Shown here: positions 1 through 13,289 of the stretch, piece by piece | How the letters are laid out: every line of letters starts with the position of its first letter | Position numbering within the stretch: the stretch's first letter is position 1 | Source: Octopus bimaculoides | Taxonomy: Eukaryota | Length of the DNA: 64,000 nucleotides | NCBI RefSeq assembly: GCF_001194135.2 | Contig: NC_068999.1 | Location: 25,395,636-25,459,635 of the forward strand | Direction of reading: 5' to 3' | Notes under the pieces: model-generated | Database searches by the model: none | What the model saw: only the letters and a program-made list of their open reading frames with translations | What the model was told of the DNA's origin: nothing | Translations under genes and position numbers: made by a program

Positions 1-118
1 CAGTATAGATATAGTGTGACAATGAGAAGAAGAAAGTAGCACATAAAAATTGCATTAAATTTCATATACATGATTTTTCATTACCAAGTACTATGGATAT
101 GCAATCATAATTAACAGA

Positions 119-152
<34 letters not shown>

Positions 153-1094
153 GTACATACTCTCATTGGACCCATGCAAACATGGAGAATTAGATGTAAA
201 AATGATGGTGATGCTAATTATAAACACATAAGCATAGATCATAGGGAATTATTGGACCTGTACAACTCTTAAGACTTAGTGAATAAAACTGTAAACTCTT
301 TGAAATGTTTGTTTATTCATCAAGTAACATATGTACACAAATATTCATACCTACTTTCAAATGTATATATATGCACAAGTATCTATATTTACAGTTAGAT
401 CTACACTAACGCATGTAACTATATACACAAAATGTAAGCGTATATTTACACACTCACACACACACACACACACACACACATTCATGACAATGAAGAGCAT
501 AAATTATTTATAAACATTGCACAAAGTAATTGGATTTAGCCTTGCACCCAAATGACAGCTGAAAGCTGAGTGAACTGGATACATGTCCTGCTAGATCTTG
601 TAATGAATGTCATTAATGTTAATACCACCACCTGCAACACCGCTACTACTGTTTACACTATTATTACAACTGCTGCAGCTACCACTGCTGCTGCTGCTGC
701 AACTATTGCTACCCCAAATAATAGTGATTGTGATGTTTCTTCTACCACCACAATTTCTGCCACTGTTGATGGGAACAGCTATTGGTAACAATAACATTTC
801 TGAACTAATATTTCCACAGATATTACAATTGTTTAGCAACTCTTAGCTTAAATATAGCTTGATTCATTTTTTTTTTTATTGTTCCATCTTCTACAGTACT
901 AGTTGTGATGATGTGACAATTATGGATGCATTATGGCCACTGTAGGTTCTTGGCAGTGGCACAGACTATAGACAGTCAGGTTGGTTGCTTTGTACTTTGA
1001 CATTGGTCTTAATTCAAGTCTTGACTTTTACTTACTTCACCAGATCATTAATATAAATACTAGCATTATATTGTAGTTAACTTAATCAAATACA

Positions 1095-1137
<43 letters not shown>

Positions 1138-1358
1138 TTCTATGAAATTGATCTTTTTGACAAGCTCATAGAAAATATTCTAACATTTGCACCTTGCAAC
1201 ATCTATTCCAGTGTTTCGTCTTTCTCAATTTAGATACAACAGATATTAACTTTACCTTTTGAGCCAGTGAAATAAAGAAGGAAAGATTTAATTATCTAAC
1301 AAATGAAAGGAGTGCAACAACTCTCACATTCAATTCAGAACTTTTAGGGTCAAGACAC

Positions 1359-1509
1359 TTAATCTTTTAGCATTCAAATTACTCTGTCAAATGTTTTGCT
1401 TATTCATTTACATTGTCTTGAAAGAATGATGCATTATCTGGTAGCTTTGAACATAAAACAGGTAGTATATTTGGGATTGACATAGCCAGTTTAAATGCTA
1501 AAGGGTTAA
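1359..1509. mobile_element. piggyBac-like MITE
   Basis: TTAA at both ends (1359-1362, 1506-1509). Termini TCTTTTAGCATT / AATGCTAAAGGG form an imperfect TIR. Confidence 0.7.
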
Positions 1510-2042
1510 AACAGTAATAGCCTAAGGTTTCATGTTGAATACATAGAAGTGCAATTATTTGTGTTGCCAAGTTCTTTGACATCACCCTGCCCAACAGTTA
1601 AACAACCTCAAATGCCTTTTATATAATGAAATTCTGAGAATTAGGGTTTAAAATTTGAAATCTGTTGGAGTTGACTGTTAAGCTGCAGTTAAACAGAATT
1701 TTGATATGATTATTCTTTGTCTTAAAGTGAATCAGTATAACAGATCTAGTTGTAATTACATCTCATGTAAAATTTCTGGATACATTTCATTTCTGTAAAT
1801 CAGGTCTTGTATTGCAAATCATCTTATATTGTTGGGTGGGAATGCAACTGGTTTGTAAGCATTCATATTTCTTATCACAGATTACTTTGGCATTCAGAAA
1901 ATAGTTGATATTTTAAAATACAATGAGACCATTCTGTGTTTTTTTCTAGGAGCAGGGCATCATGTATCTACCTTCTAGTATTACATTAGCCAATATAATA
2001 CTAGATATTACTGTTTTAAAACTTGGATACTTCTAACATAGA

Positions 2043-3250
2043 TAGAAATAACTAGAGGACTACCAAATTATTGGATCAGGTGATGAAAGTTACAGAGAGG
2101 GTCATAGCCCAACTAATTCAGGAGAGAGTTAGCCTAGATGAGATGCAGTTCGATTTTGTGCCTGGCAGAAACACCACTGATGCTATATTTCTAGTAAGGC
2201 AACTGCAGGAGAAATACCTAGCCAAAGATAAATCTCTGCTTTTGTTGCCTTGGAGAAAGCCTTTGACAGGGTCCCCCAATCCCTTATCTAGTGGTCAATA
2301 TGGAAACTGGGGATAGATGAGTGACTGGTAAGAGCTGTACAAGCCCTGTACAGAGATGCTGTCAGTAAGGTGAAGGTTGGCAAAGAGTACAGTGAAGAAT
2401 TCCGAGTAGAAATAGGGGTTCACCAAGGATCAGTCCTCAGCACCCTCTTATTCATTATAGTCCTTCAGGCAATAACAGAGGAATTCAAGACAGGATGCCC
2501 CTGGGAGCTCCTCTATGCTGATGACCTTGCCCTAATAGCCGAGTCACTGCCAGAACTGGAGACAAAGTTTAGGGTGTGGAAGCAAGGTCTAGAATCAAAA
2601 GGCCTTAGGGTTAACCTAGCAAAAACCAAAGTCTTAGTAAGTAGGAAGGTTGTCAAATCACAACCTCTTTCAGGTAGATGGCCTTGCTCGATCTGTAGAA
2701 AAGGCATGGGTAGAAACTCCATATGATGTACCAAGTGTAAGCTATGGACACATAAAAGGTGCAACAATATCAAAGGAAGGTTAACTGGTAAAATAGTTTT
2801 TGTGTGTGGCAGATGCACTAGGGCAATAAACACTGAAGATGTACAGAAAACAGATTCCATCACATGCCAGGGGAAGAAACTAGAAGTAGTTAATAGTTTC
2901 TGCTACCAAGGAGACCAAGTCTGTAGTGGGGGTGGTTGCTCTGAGATTGTAGTGACTAGAGTAAAAATAGCCTGGGCAAAGTTCAGGGAGCTCTTACTTC
3001 TCCTGGCAACTAAAGGCCTCTCACTCAGGGTGAAAGGTAGACTATGATGCATGTGTTTGAACAGCCATGCTATATGGCAGTGCAATAAGGGCCATGAATG
3101 CTGAGGACATGTGTAGGCTTGAAAGAAATGAAGCCAGTACTATCTACTGGATGTGCAATGTCAGTGTGCATACACAACAAAGTGTAAGTACCTTGAGAGA
3201 AAAGTTGGGCATACGAAGCATCAAATGTGGTGTGAAAAAGAGGCGACTGC
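2043..3250 (+). mobile_element. RTE-clade LINE, 5'-truncated degenerate ORF2 (RT with internal PHD finger)
   Basis: Motifs QFDFVPGRNTTDAIF, EKAFDRVP, GVHQGSVLS, LLYADDL, FCY(Q)GD and AWAKFRELL, broken by stops and frameshifts. Confidence 0.92.
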
Positions 3251-3450
3251 CCCCTGGCTGGCTCCTGTGCTGATGGCATGTAAAAGGCACCATCCAAGCA
3301 TGGTCAATGCCAGTGCCCCCTGACCGGCTCCTGTGCCAGTGGCATGTAAAAAGTACCATCCAAACGTGTTCATTGCGAGGCCTGCCTTACTGGCCCTGGT
3401 GCCAGTGGCACGTAAAAAGCATCAACCAATTGTGATTGACGCCAGTACTT
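3251..3450 (+). repeat. About 3.5 degenerate ~60-bp tandem units (core GTGGCAYGTAAAAAGCACC)
   Basis: Repeated ...CTGGCTCCTGTGCCAGTGGCATGTAAAAAGYACCATCC...; related units occur at 56537-56770. Confidence 0.75.
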
Positions 3451-3454
3451 CTGA

Positions 3455-3605
3455 CTGTCACTTAGCAGTTTGGCAAAAGATATCAACTGAATAAGAACCA
3501 AACTTAAAAACCTAAGTACTTAGGCCCATTTGTTTCATTAAACCCTGCTAGGCGGCACCCCAGCATGGCCACAATCCAATGAGTGAAACATGTAAAAGGT
3601 AGAAG
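3455..3605 (+). mobile_element. SINE family A, 3' part
   Basis: CTTAGCAGTTTGGCAAAAGA...CCAGCATGGCCACAATCCAATGAGTGAAACATGTAAAAG, shared with many copies in the window. Confidence 0.75.
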
Positions 3606-3646
3606 ATACAAAAAAAGATCATTTATATTCCAAAATACTGACATAA

Positions 3647-3855
3647 CCCTTTAGCATTTGAACCGGCTATATCTGGCCCTATTATTCTTCCTATTTTATG
3701 TCCAAACTAGCCAGATCTGGCCTCTTAGACCTACCCTACAACTTCATTCCTAAAGTAAAGAATCACATCATTGAAATATCAAAGCTACAAGACAATGCAA
3801 GAGTAATTAACAATAATGCAAATATATAAGCATTACATTTAATAGAGTAATTTCA
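3647..3855. mobile_element. piggyBac-like MITE, left end only
   Basis: Starts CCCTTTAGCATTTGAACCGGC, the same terminus as 1359-1509. No right TIR seen. Confidence 0.5.
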
Positions 3856-3889
3856 GTCCTAAACAATTAACTTCATATTGCAATAAGCA

Positions 3890-4040
3890 GAGTATTTCCT
3901 TAAAAACGTTCTGAGTTCAACTTCTGCTGAAGTTGACTTTGCCTTTCAATCTTTTGGGGTGGATAAATTAAGTACCAGTGAAATACTGGGTTTAATGCAA
4001 TCAACTAGCCCCCACCAAAAAAATTTCAAGCCTTGTGCCT
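3890..4040 (+). mobile_element. SINE family B fragment
   Basis: TTCTGAGTTCAACTTCTGCTGAAGTTGACTTTGCCTTTCA (B-box-like GAGTTCAA). Related copies at 5213, 12250 and 15965. Confidence 0.65.
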
Positions 4041-4326
4041 ATAGTAGAAAGGATTATTTTACTAAACTAAAGAACATAAAATTGCCAGGTAATTTTATGG
4101 GGGAAGTGTTTGACTTTTTTAAAGATCTTAGCAAAGAAAGGAGAGTAAATTCTTCATTAAAACCATCATGTGTTAGAAAATTTCATGTAAAAAGCAATAT
4201 ATTTATTGGAATGTATTCACTTCCTTCTTTTGACAAGTGAACTAAACATGTGATTTATTACTGTAAATGCCTTCAGAAAACCCATGGGGCCCATAAGAAC
4301 TGGTGCTTGATTTCTATTTCATAATA

Positions 4327-4556
4327 TTAACCCTTTCGATACCAACCCGGCTGAAACCACCAGCTCTGTAGTACAAATGTTTTGTTTCCATAAGTTCTGA
4401 ATTGAAAAAATTTTCCACCAAACCTTAGTCACAATTTATATTTCTAACACTAGCTTAATGATAACTCAGTTATTTTACTAAATTCTTTGTTATATTTAAA
4501 ATTAATTGAAAGAAACACAGAGCATCTCAAAATAAATACAGTAACAAAAGAGTTAA
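4327..4556. mobile_element. piggyBac-like MITE
   Basis: TTAA at 4327-4330 and 4553-4556. TIR CCCTTTCGATAC versus reverse complement of right end CTCTTTTGTTAC. Confidence 0.7.
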
Positions 4557-4666
4557 GTCAAAATCATTCCCTGAATACAATAGTATTTTTGTGAGTACTT
4601 TATTCTTATGTGGCTACATCATGATGTCCTGAAGAGGTAACTGCAGGAACTACCTATTTTTTTTAA

Positions 4667-4852
4667 TTCTTTTACTCATTTCAGTCATTTGACTGTGGCC
4701 ATGCTGGAGCAGTGCCTTAAAGGGTTTTAGTATGAGAAATCGACCTTATTGGTCTCTTTTGCCAAACTGCTGAGTTATGGGGATGCAAACACACCAACAC
4801 CAGTTGCCAAGCAGTGATGGGGAGGAGGTCAAACACCAGCACAAAGACACAC
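4667..4852 (-). mobile_element. SINE family A, 3' half (with internal deletion)
   Basis: TTTCAGTCATTTGACTGTGGCCATGCTGGAGC...CACACCAACACCAGTTGCCAAGC. Confidence 0.85.
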
Positions 4853-5212
<360 letters not shown>

Positions 5213-5310
5213 AGGCAAAGTCAACCTCAGTAGAATTTAAACCTAGAATGTAGTCAGATGAAATACTGCTAAGTATTTCGCCCAGTGTGCTAACGTTCCT
5301 GTTAGCTTGC
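5213..5310 (-). mobile_element. SINE family B, 5' head
   Basis: AAAAGGCAAAGTCAACCTCAGTAGAATTTAAAC...CTAAGTATTTCGCCCAGTGTGCTAAC is the reverse complement of the family B head. Confidence 0.6.
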
Positions 5311-8300
5311 TACATTTCTGCATTATACAAATTAATCTAACAATGAGTTTCACTTGTGGGGGGTCTGGCTAATCGAGGTGGGTTATGTTTAGTCTTAGAG
5401 GAGAGGAGGAATGTTTATGGAGAGCAAGAATAAAAAAGAAAAGATTGACTGGCACAAAGATATTATCCAACGAGATAATGAGTTGAATTTTTAAATCTTC
5501 TAAGGAACTCATTTAAGTACATATTTCCAAAAAATAACTTGGCCATGTTATTTTTCATATAGAAGTGCTTCCATAGTTTTATTCATCTATTTTGAAATAA
5601 AATAAAATATAATTCTAAACACAACTTTATTTTTAAGCCTTTTTTTTGTTGTTGGTTCATTTAAACATTTACATATAAAATATTAAATATATGTGAACAA
5701 GTGCACTAAAAATTGTTGTTTGAATGAAAATAATTTGGGCGTTTTATTTAATTTGTTTTTATTTTATTTCTAATAATCTCAATTCATTTCCTTTTTAGAA
5801 GTGCTCTATTAACATAAATATATGCATACATGAGAATGATAGGCAGTTTTTCCAAGTTTGCATGTCTTCATTCAATGTTTTTACAGCTGGATTCACTTTG
5901 CACTAATTGCTCTGTTACAAAGTGGGACTGATATATTTGTCGCTAGACAGATTAAAGCATGCACAGTAAGGTGTTCATTCAATGACTCAAAAACCAAGTC
6001 TGCATTGAGATTTAAATTGCTTTTCAAAGAATTTTGGTACTAATTGTAATGTGTTTTTCTATCAACATTCATTAAAAAGTAGCAGGTTTCTATCAACTTA
6101 CTTATCTTAATTAGATCTGATTTACTGCAGTACAGTATCTTTTACAACTAGTATCCAAGTGGTTTTAATCTTCATGTAGCCAGATATTATACTGCAAATA
6201 TAAGTACAATCTTGAGGGCCAAGAAAGCTAATGGCTAAAAGTGATAACGCCAAAAATAAAATACCATTCATCTTATCCTTATTACCTTAATATATTTTTC
6301 CATGAATGATATGTAGTCTGCAAATTTCATTTGGCTGGGTTTTAGTACAGCTATGTTTCCTACCAATTATTAGCTCTTATCAAAGCAGGATGAGTGTATT
6401 TATCATGGTACTGGTATCAGCACTAAGAAATTTGTCTTTCAAAATGAAAAGTTCAATCAAAAGTGAAAAAAAAAAGGTAAGACAAGCTAATTTATCACAT
6501 TAGAAAACAGTAAATGTCAAGTTATGAATAAGATTACTTTCGTGTGGGATACTAATCAATGGAGCCACTGCTGTTTCTTACTTATGTGATGTATGAGGCA
6601 ATCAATGTACTCAAGAGAATTCTGGTCTGTTTAAGAAATATTCAGTACATCAGTCCAACATCTGTTCACAACCTGAAGATTCCTATCAATTATAGAACTC
6701 AAATTTATCTTTGATTCCCCTTATTTTTTCTGTCCCTAGGAGGATTTCTTAGCTGATGACATTTACAAATTATAAAAGAAACTAAACAATGGCAAATTTC
6801 ACATAATTTATCCTCTTTTGTGTTTAAATTCCTCCTCTTTTGTGTTTAATTGCCTTATCAGATTTTCAAAATCCAAAATCAAAGATATTCTAGTTTTCTC
6901 TTTCACACACCTGATGCCATTTTATAAATGGCATATGGTAGTATCATGTAGGCTGAATACTTAAGTTAATCTTGTCAGAATTTGAGCCATGATCCACAAA
7001 GTTTCAAATTTAATGCTGAACTATGCCAAACTACTTTACTTCATTATGTTAATTGAAAAAAGAAATATTCATTAATCTCTTATGCAGTATCCTGCATAGA
7101 ATTTAACAAACTCAGTTAATTCACATATATATATGAAACAGTCTTTATTTGTGAATAGGACCATGCAAAGTTGGTTATAGGCCCAGGTCAGCTGTGATAT
7201 GTAGGTCTCCATTTCAATTGATAATTGATCCAAGCAAGATGTAAAATATAGGATATCATTTCTAATTATTCACATTTAGTAATTAGAGCTAAATACAAAT
7301 TACTTGTGTATGGCTTACAAGTAAATACATGTACCTGTAAAGTGCAAGATGTAAGAACTAGTAAAAGAACTGAATAAATGAGCAAGAACAGTTTATATAA
7401 AAGTTATTCTTTACCAGAACCTCCAACTGGCAGGAATTTCCTTCCTCAAAGTCATAGTTCCATGCCAGGTGACCCACTTCCCCTACTTCCTGCTCAGGCG
7501 TGTTTCTGAATAATAAACAGTCAAGGCTCTTACATTTGCTATACTTGCTAGAAATTTCACCTTCTGGTTATTAAAAATAATTGCTTTTTTTGTTGTTGCT
7601 TTTTGTTTTTTCGCTGCCACTTGTTTTTCTCTTTCCTTTTTCATTCTTCAGCTTATAATGTGCCTACTGATTGTATAACCAACTTATAATTCTTTATTGA
7701 CTGGAAAGTGATGAATTTCAAAGTTAAGTTTATTGGATTCTCAGTCTCTCAGTATAATTAGGAATACAGACAAAAAAAAAATTGTAAAAAGTACAACAGT
7801 ATTAAAAGTTTATAACCAATAATTTTAAAATATACAAATGAAAGAAAATTTCCATCATTCTATACTGCTCAAATTATATCAGTTAATGAACATTTGAATT
7901 ATATAACTTGATTGTAGCTGCTTGGCCAATAAGAAATAAGATGGATTTTTTTTTACCAGGTGGAATTCAAAGCCTCAAGTTCAAATAAAATAATACACTG
8001 AAGTTAGTTCATCTGGCTTAAGTCTTCTTATCAAAATAATGCTCTAATACCTTTAAAATTAATATTTCTTGTATGCTTCATAAAAGCTTTTTCCCTTAAC
8101 ATTATGATTTAACTGAATATAATGAGTTTTTGTCAACTGACATCAAGTAATAGGTTTGTACTACAAGTGTTCAGTGAGGTTTACCACTAAAACTCTGGTC
8201 TGGATTGCAACTGAAAGTGTGATGTTAAGACTGCTTATCAAAGCTGTAAGAGACAGTATGTTTATATTCTCCAACAAAATTAAATATCATTTTCAAGTGA

Positions 8301-8768
8301 TGTCAAATGTTCTGCGTTTCCATTATAGATTTATTCATAACTCACAGCTTATATAGTGAACTCCTAAACTATTATAGCATTACATTTTCTTCATATTATC
8401 CTTTTACGCAATTATTGCACAAGTATCATTCTTGTATATTATAGAATAAACTATTATATTGGGTTGCTATATAATTATTGCAGCTTTTTTTCAACAAACT
8501 TTATTCAACAAAACAATAACAATATTTAACAAAAACATCTTTAAATGACAGCCTGACCATCTGCCAAGCAAATGGGAGGCAGTAATNNNNNNNNNNNNNN
8601 NNNNNNNNNNNNNNNNNNNNNNNNNNNNNNNNNNNNNNNNNNNNNNNNNNNNNNNNNNNNNNNNNNNNNNNNNNNNNNNNNNNNNNNNNNNNNNNNNNNN
8701 NNNNNNNNNNNNNNNNNNNNNNNNNNNNNNNNNNNNNNNNNNNNNNNNNNNNNNNNNNNNNNNNNNNN

Positions 8769-8807
<39 letters not shown>

Positions 8808-9188
8808 CAGGCTTCTACACAATTTCCATTTACCAAATTTTACTCACAAGGTAGTGATCAACATGTGGCTATGGTAGAAGAACTAGCCCGTGTTGTATAA
8901 TGGATCAAACCCAGAAGCACATGGTGATTACAAATTGAGCTCTTTAATGACACAACTATACCTGCATCTATTTATGGTAATACCCAACACTCTCTTCACA
9001 ATGCTTGCCTATATTGCATCATTACCTAATACTCACATACCATTTTTACCTATCATCCCATATTCATATGCTGGCATTACTTCCTACTTATACTATAACA
9101 TTACTCACTTCACTTAACCCTTTTTTTTCTACTCATATTTCCAGTGACTACATCAACATAACTAATTACCATCAACGCCACCTCATAC

Positions 9189-9272
9189 AACTCTATGATA
9201 GTTGTACTTGAGTTTCTGTAAGAAATACCAATGCATATTTTCTACTTACCCCTTGAAATTTGAGCTTTTATT

Positions 9273-9310
<38 letters not shown>

Positions 9311-9790
9311 GAAAATATGTATACTTATTGTACTTATATATATACCTATTATTATATGATACAGAATATTATTCTCATTAAGATGTTTTAATCTTATCAA
9401 AATCAGGTATCTTTAATGTTATTGCAGAAATAAAATAATTGTTAAAATATATGTAAGGCATGTATGGATATTTCTGCATTGTGAATGCAAGACCAACAAT
9501 GCCAAGATACATTCAATTTAATCAGCTATTAAACATTATTAACTATTAAATATTTTAAAACTGTTAATTTATCCTTAAAATTACAAATATTTAATTCATG
9601 AAGTCTTGAATTGTAATTGGGATAATAATCCCATAACAAACTGACATTATCATGTGGTTTCAATTTTATATAGAAGCATTTTCACTTTACAACCCCTTGT
9701 AAAGTGAATAAAAGCTCAAATTTCAAGGGGTAAGTAGAAAATATGCATTGGTATTTCTTACAGAAACTCAAGTACAACTATCATAGAGTT
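9189..9790. repeat. Perfect 85-bp inverted repeat (9189-9273 / 9706-9790), 432-bp spacer
   Basis: Checked base by base; no mismatches found. Confidence 0.95.
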
Positions 9791-9983
9791 TCTGGCTTTA
9801 AAAGTATTGCAAAAGGTCAGGCTGGAGACCCAGCCTTCCTAGTTCTTTTATAAGGCTAAGAAAAACTGAAAGACTGTTGTAATAAGTGTGTGAATCTGAG
9901 AAGAGAATATGTTGAATAAAATCATAATTAACTGATCTGCCTGCATATTCTTTTACCCAAAACCAAGAACTTTTCAGTACCCC
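9789..9983. mobile_element. mariner-derived MITE, one TIR clipped
   Basis: Ends CCAAGAACTTTTCAGTACCCC. Internal remnant reads EKLKDCCNKCVNLRREYVE* (mariner C-terminus-like). Inverted copy at 48771. Confidence 0.8.
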
Positions 9984-12249
9984 TGCCCCTGCCTCCACCA
10001 TATTTATCTTACCAATGTCTTTTAGAAATATATTTCTCATTCCTTCTCATTTATCTTTGTACTCAAACAAAAGAAACCAATACTTTTCTATTGCTTCACA
10101 CACTATATAGTTATAAAAAAATAAGCAGAATTTAAGTGGTAGTTGTTTTTTATAAAAATTTATTCCTTTCAAATAATCGTCTAATTATAAATTTAATAAA
10201 GTAATAATGATGATGGACAAAACATCATAAGCATAATGCAGCACTAACTTTTTGAAAATCATTTTTTTTTTTTAAAGAATCAACCTCATCTTGGATTATT
10301 GAGAAAATGAAGAGTGAATTGTAAATATTGTTGGAATTTTCTGCATTTCACTCTCTTGTAATTAGAGCAGATTGCCTATATTCAATATCTGTACCATTAT
10401 AAATTGATGTTATGTTGATGTTAATCAACTAAAAAGTCATGGTATCGTTCAGCTAATAAAATTTTTATAAGGATTCTAATTTAAATATGAACAGTATGGG
10501 CTGTCTCAGGCAAGTTGAAATTAAAAGCTTTAAGTCCAATTCTTAGAAGAAAAATGATCCTCACATTAGAAACAGGTTTTCTTGCTTACACAGCATTTTA
10601 AAAAAGCTTACTTTTTTACAATAAACTATTTTTAAAAGTTGGGAAATGTCTTTCTTTTTGTTTCATTTGACAATATCAGGGTAATGTTTCATACATTGAC
10701 ATGAGATCACAAATGGTCAAGTGAAGAGGGCACTAAAAACCAGCTGTAGGGTTAATGGTTCATATCCTGTCACAGAGATTGCATTGTATAAACAACCAAC
10801 ACATAAAACATGACTATTTGTATGACCAAACACTAACTCTGTATTGTGATTCACTGAATCACTCTCACTGTGAAGTAACTATATTTCATTAGCTTGCAAT
10901 GTTGGGTGTATTCTTTCTCTCCTACAGAATATCATTTACCATAGATTTATTTTTCATTCACTTAATACCAGAGAAACCAGAAATAATTACTGATTATCAA
11001 GATTCTTATGATCAAGAAAAAGATTAAGGTTTTTTTTTTTTGTATACACATAGTATTTATTGTTTATGACAATAAATATACACTTATTCATGCTCATTCA
11101 TACCATAACCTGCCACTAATGAAACTATGTTTATATCCTTGGCATACAAATTTTTCATTTAACAAAATTACAACACTTTAAGACATTGAAAACAGAAGCA
11201 GTTTTAGTTTATATTTTCATTATGTCTGTGTATTTACTTTTTCTCTTTTATGTGCTTTATCAGAAAAGAAAAACCAATTTCTATGTCTCTTTTCAGACTG
11301 GTTGACAGAAATTTTTCTCACACCAGAGATTTCCACTAATGACACCAGTGATATATTTAGTTACATCCCTTTATTGTAAGATTGCTTGTTACTTATTGTT
11401 ATATTTAAGCAATCATATCTTAATAAAATATTCAGTACCAGTCAGTCCAGTCATGGCCGCCTGATCAATAAGCCATATAAGTTTCCTCTTATTTCATATT
11501 TAGTTATCTATGTCTTTATACCACAATATGACAATACCCAAGAGCCACGTGATAGTTAAATCGGGTTAAGAACTTCTCTTGTGCACATATAAATGTTTGT
11601 TCATTGTATGAAATTGTCTTGTAGTTGAAAAAAATTTGCCACTAAGTTGATATTTGAGAAATTTGAAGTAGGATCAACTGTTATACACCAACTATTGCAT
11701 GCCGTTTGTATTCAGAGCCACACCCAATGTCTAAAGGCCAGACAGGCTGAGATAATTGGAGATTCTAGTGTGAGGATGAGTGCTGGATCAGTTTTCTGTT
11801 GCTTTCTCCAGTTCTATGGCAGAAATATTCAGTAAGTGTTACTGCATAATTAGAGCTGTTGACTATAATATCCCATTTGCTAAGATATAAAGTGGTGACT
11901 CTTTGACAATAATTTGATGTCTTATTAACTCAGCCTATGTGTTTGTATATATATTATACACACACACACACATATATACATCTAAGTTGTTAAGTATGAA
12001 AGTACAAAATGCTATCCTTAACCTATTGATTTTTTTTTTTTTTACTAATTAAAAGATCTCAAATTTATATAGAAAGGGAAATGCCTACATCTTTCTCAGA
12101 AGCATCATTGGCATGAGTGTATGGAAATAATTACAAACAAATATCAAAGCTAAGCTTGGTCCCATTAGTAATTGTCTCTTATACCACACTTGAATTTATA
12201 TTAGTAATAGGGATAGCAACAATCAAGTTTAGCATTCACATGCTAGGGC

Positions 12250-12480
12250 CATAGATTGACAGAATTGTTAGAGTATTGGACAAAATGCTTTATGGTGTTT
12301 ATTCCAGATTTTGACATTTCAAGCTCAAATCCTGTGGGAGTCAACTTTGCATTTCATCCATCTGAGGTTAATAAAATAAAGGGTCTGTTAAGTACTGAGA
12401 TTAATTTAATTGATGGCCAATCTATACCAACATGCAATGAATCAGTATGGTGCAACACAGCCCAAATCCAAGCCTAACTG
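12250..12480 (+). mobile_element. SINE family B
   Basis: TTGACAGAATTGTTAGAG...AGCTCAAATCC...GTCAACTTTGCATTTCATCC. Confidence 0.65.
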
Positions 12481-13289
12481 TGGGGTCCTAATGATAGGAG
12501 AAATGAATCCTTGATTGGTCTACCCTGTTCACTTTGTATTACTACTAACACAACACACACTTATATCCTATTATTCACTCACACACTTTCCTCTCTTTTT
12601 CTCTTTCTCTCTCTCTCTCTCTAAAAGGGATAACAAGTAAGTGTTTCACATTATCTATAGTGCTACAACATGACAATAGTTAAAAAGCATACTGTGATGT
12701 TACTGGTGATAGAGATGGTGGTAGTGAAAATACTTTCCCTAATGTTGACATTGTATAGTCAGAGGCATTGGCATATCCTGTGTTGTGAAACTGCACCATC
12801 CTCAAACCAAGTGTTTGACTTAAATTTGCTTGTAATTAGATTAAAGGTCTCAGAAACCATACAGTGGGATTAGTCAAGGTATTATGTTATGCCTATAACC
12901 CACAAAAAAGCCATAGAATTTTTATCATGGCAACCACACTGACTCTCAAGAGGTTATATTTTCCACTTAAGGCCTACTATTAGATTAAAGAAGAGGATTG
13001 ATACAAGAGATTATCCATCTGGATACAGCACAAAAAAGTGCTAAATACCAGTTGGAGTGTGTGAGGTCTGAGAAGCCAACCAATTATTATTTCATGTGCA
13101 TATTTCTAAAATGGCAACAATCTACAAACAAGTGGTAAGCCAGATCTTGAGATTATTTAGAACTAGGAGTCATATTAGTCCTGCAGTGTCTTCTACCTTA
13201 GTGATATGGACAGCTGTGTACTAGTATTGGTTACCTCATAGAGTCAATATGAAATCAACATAATGGTTCATCACACTTAAGCTTTCATG

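Noticed and set aside
570-846. Three overlapping ORFs with Thr/Ala/Ser/Leu runs, including a TM-like stretch
   Set aside because: This is degenerate trinucleotide low-complexity sequence, open in several frames on both strands, with no recognisable domain or convincing splice pair.
3251-3450. Regularly spaced repeats considered as a CRISPR-like array (also 56537-56770)
   Set aside because: The units are degenerate tandem copies without unique spacers, they lie within eukaryotic retroposons, and there are no cas genes.
4620-4660. CTGAAGA followed by a GGTA/TACC stem
   Set aside because: There is no GAAA or stem III because a SINE tail follows directly, so it is too incomplete to call a hammerhead.
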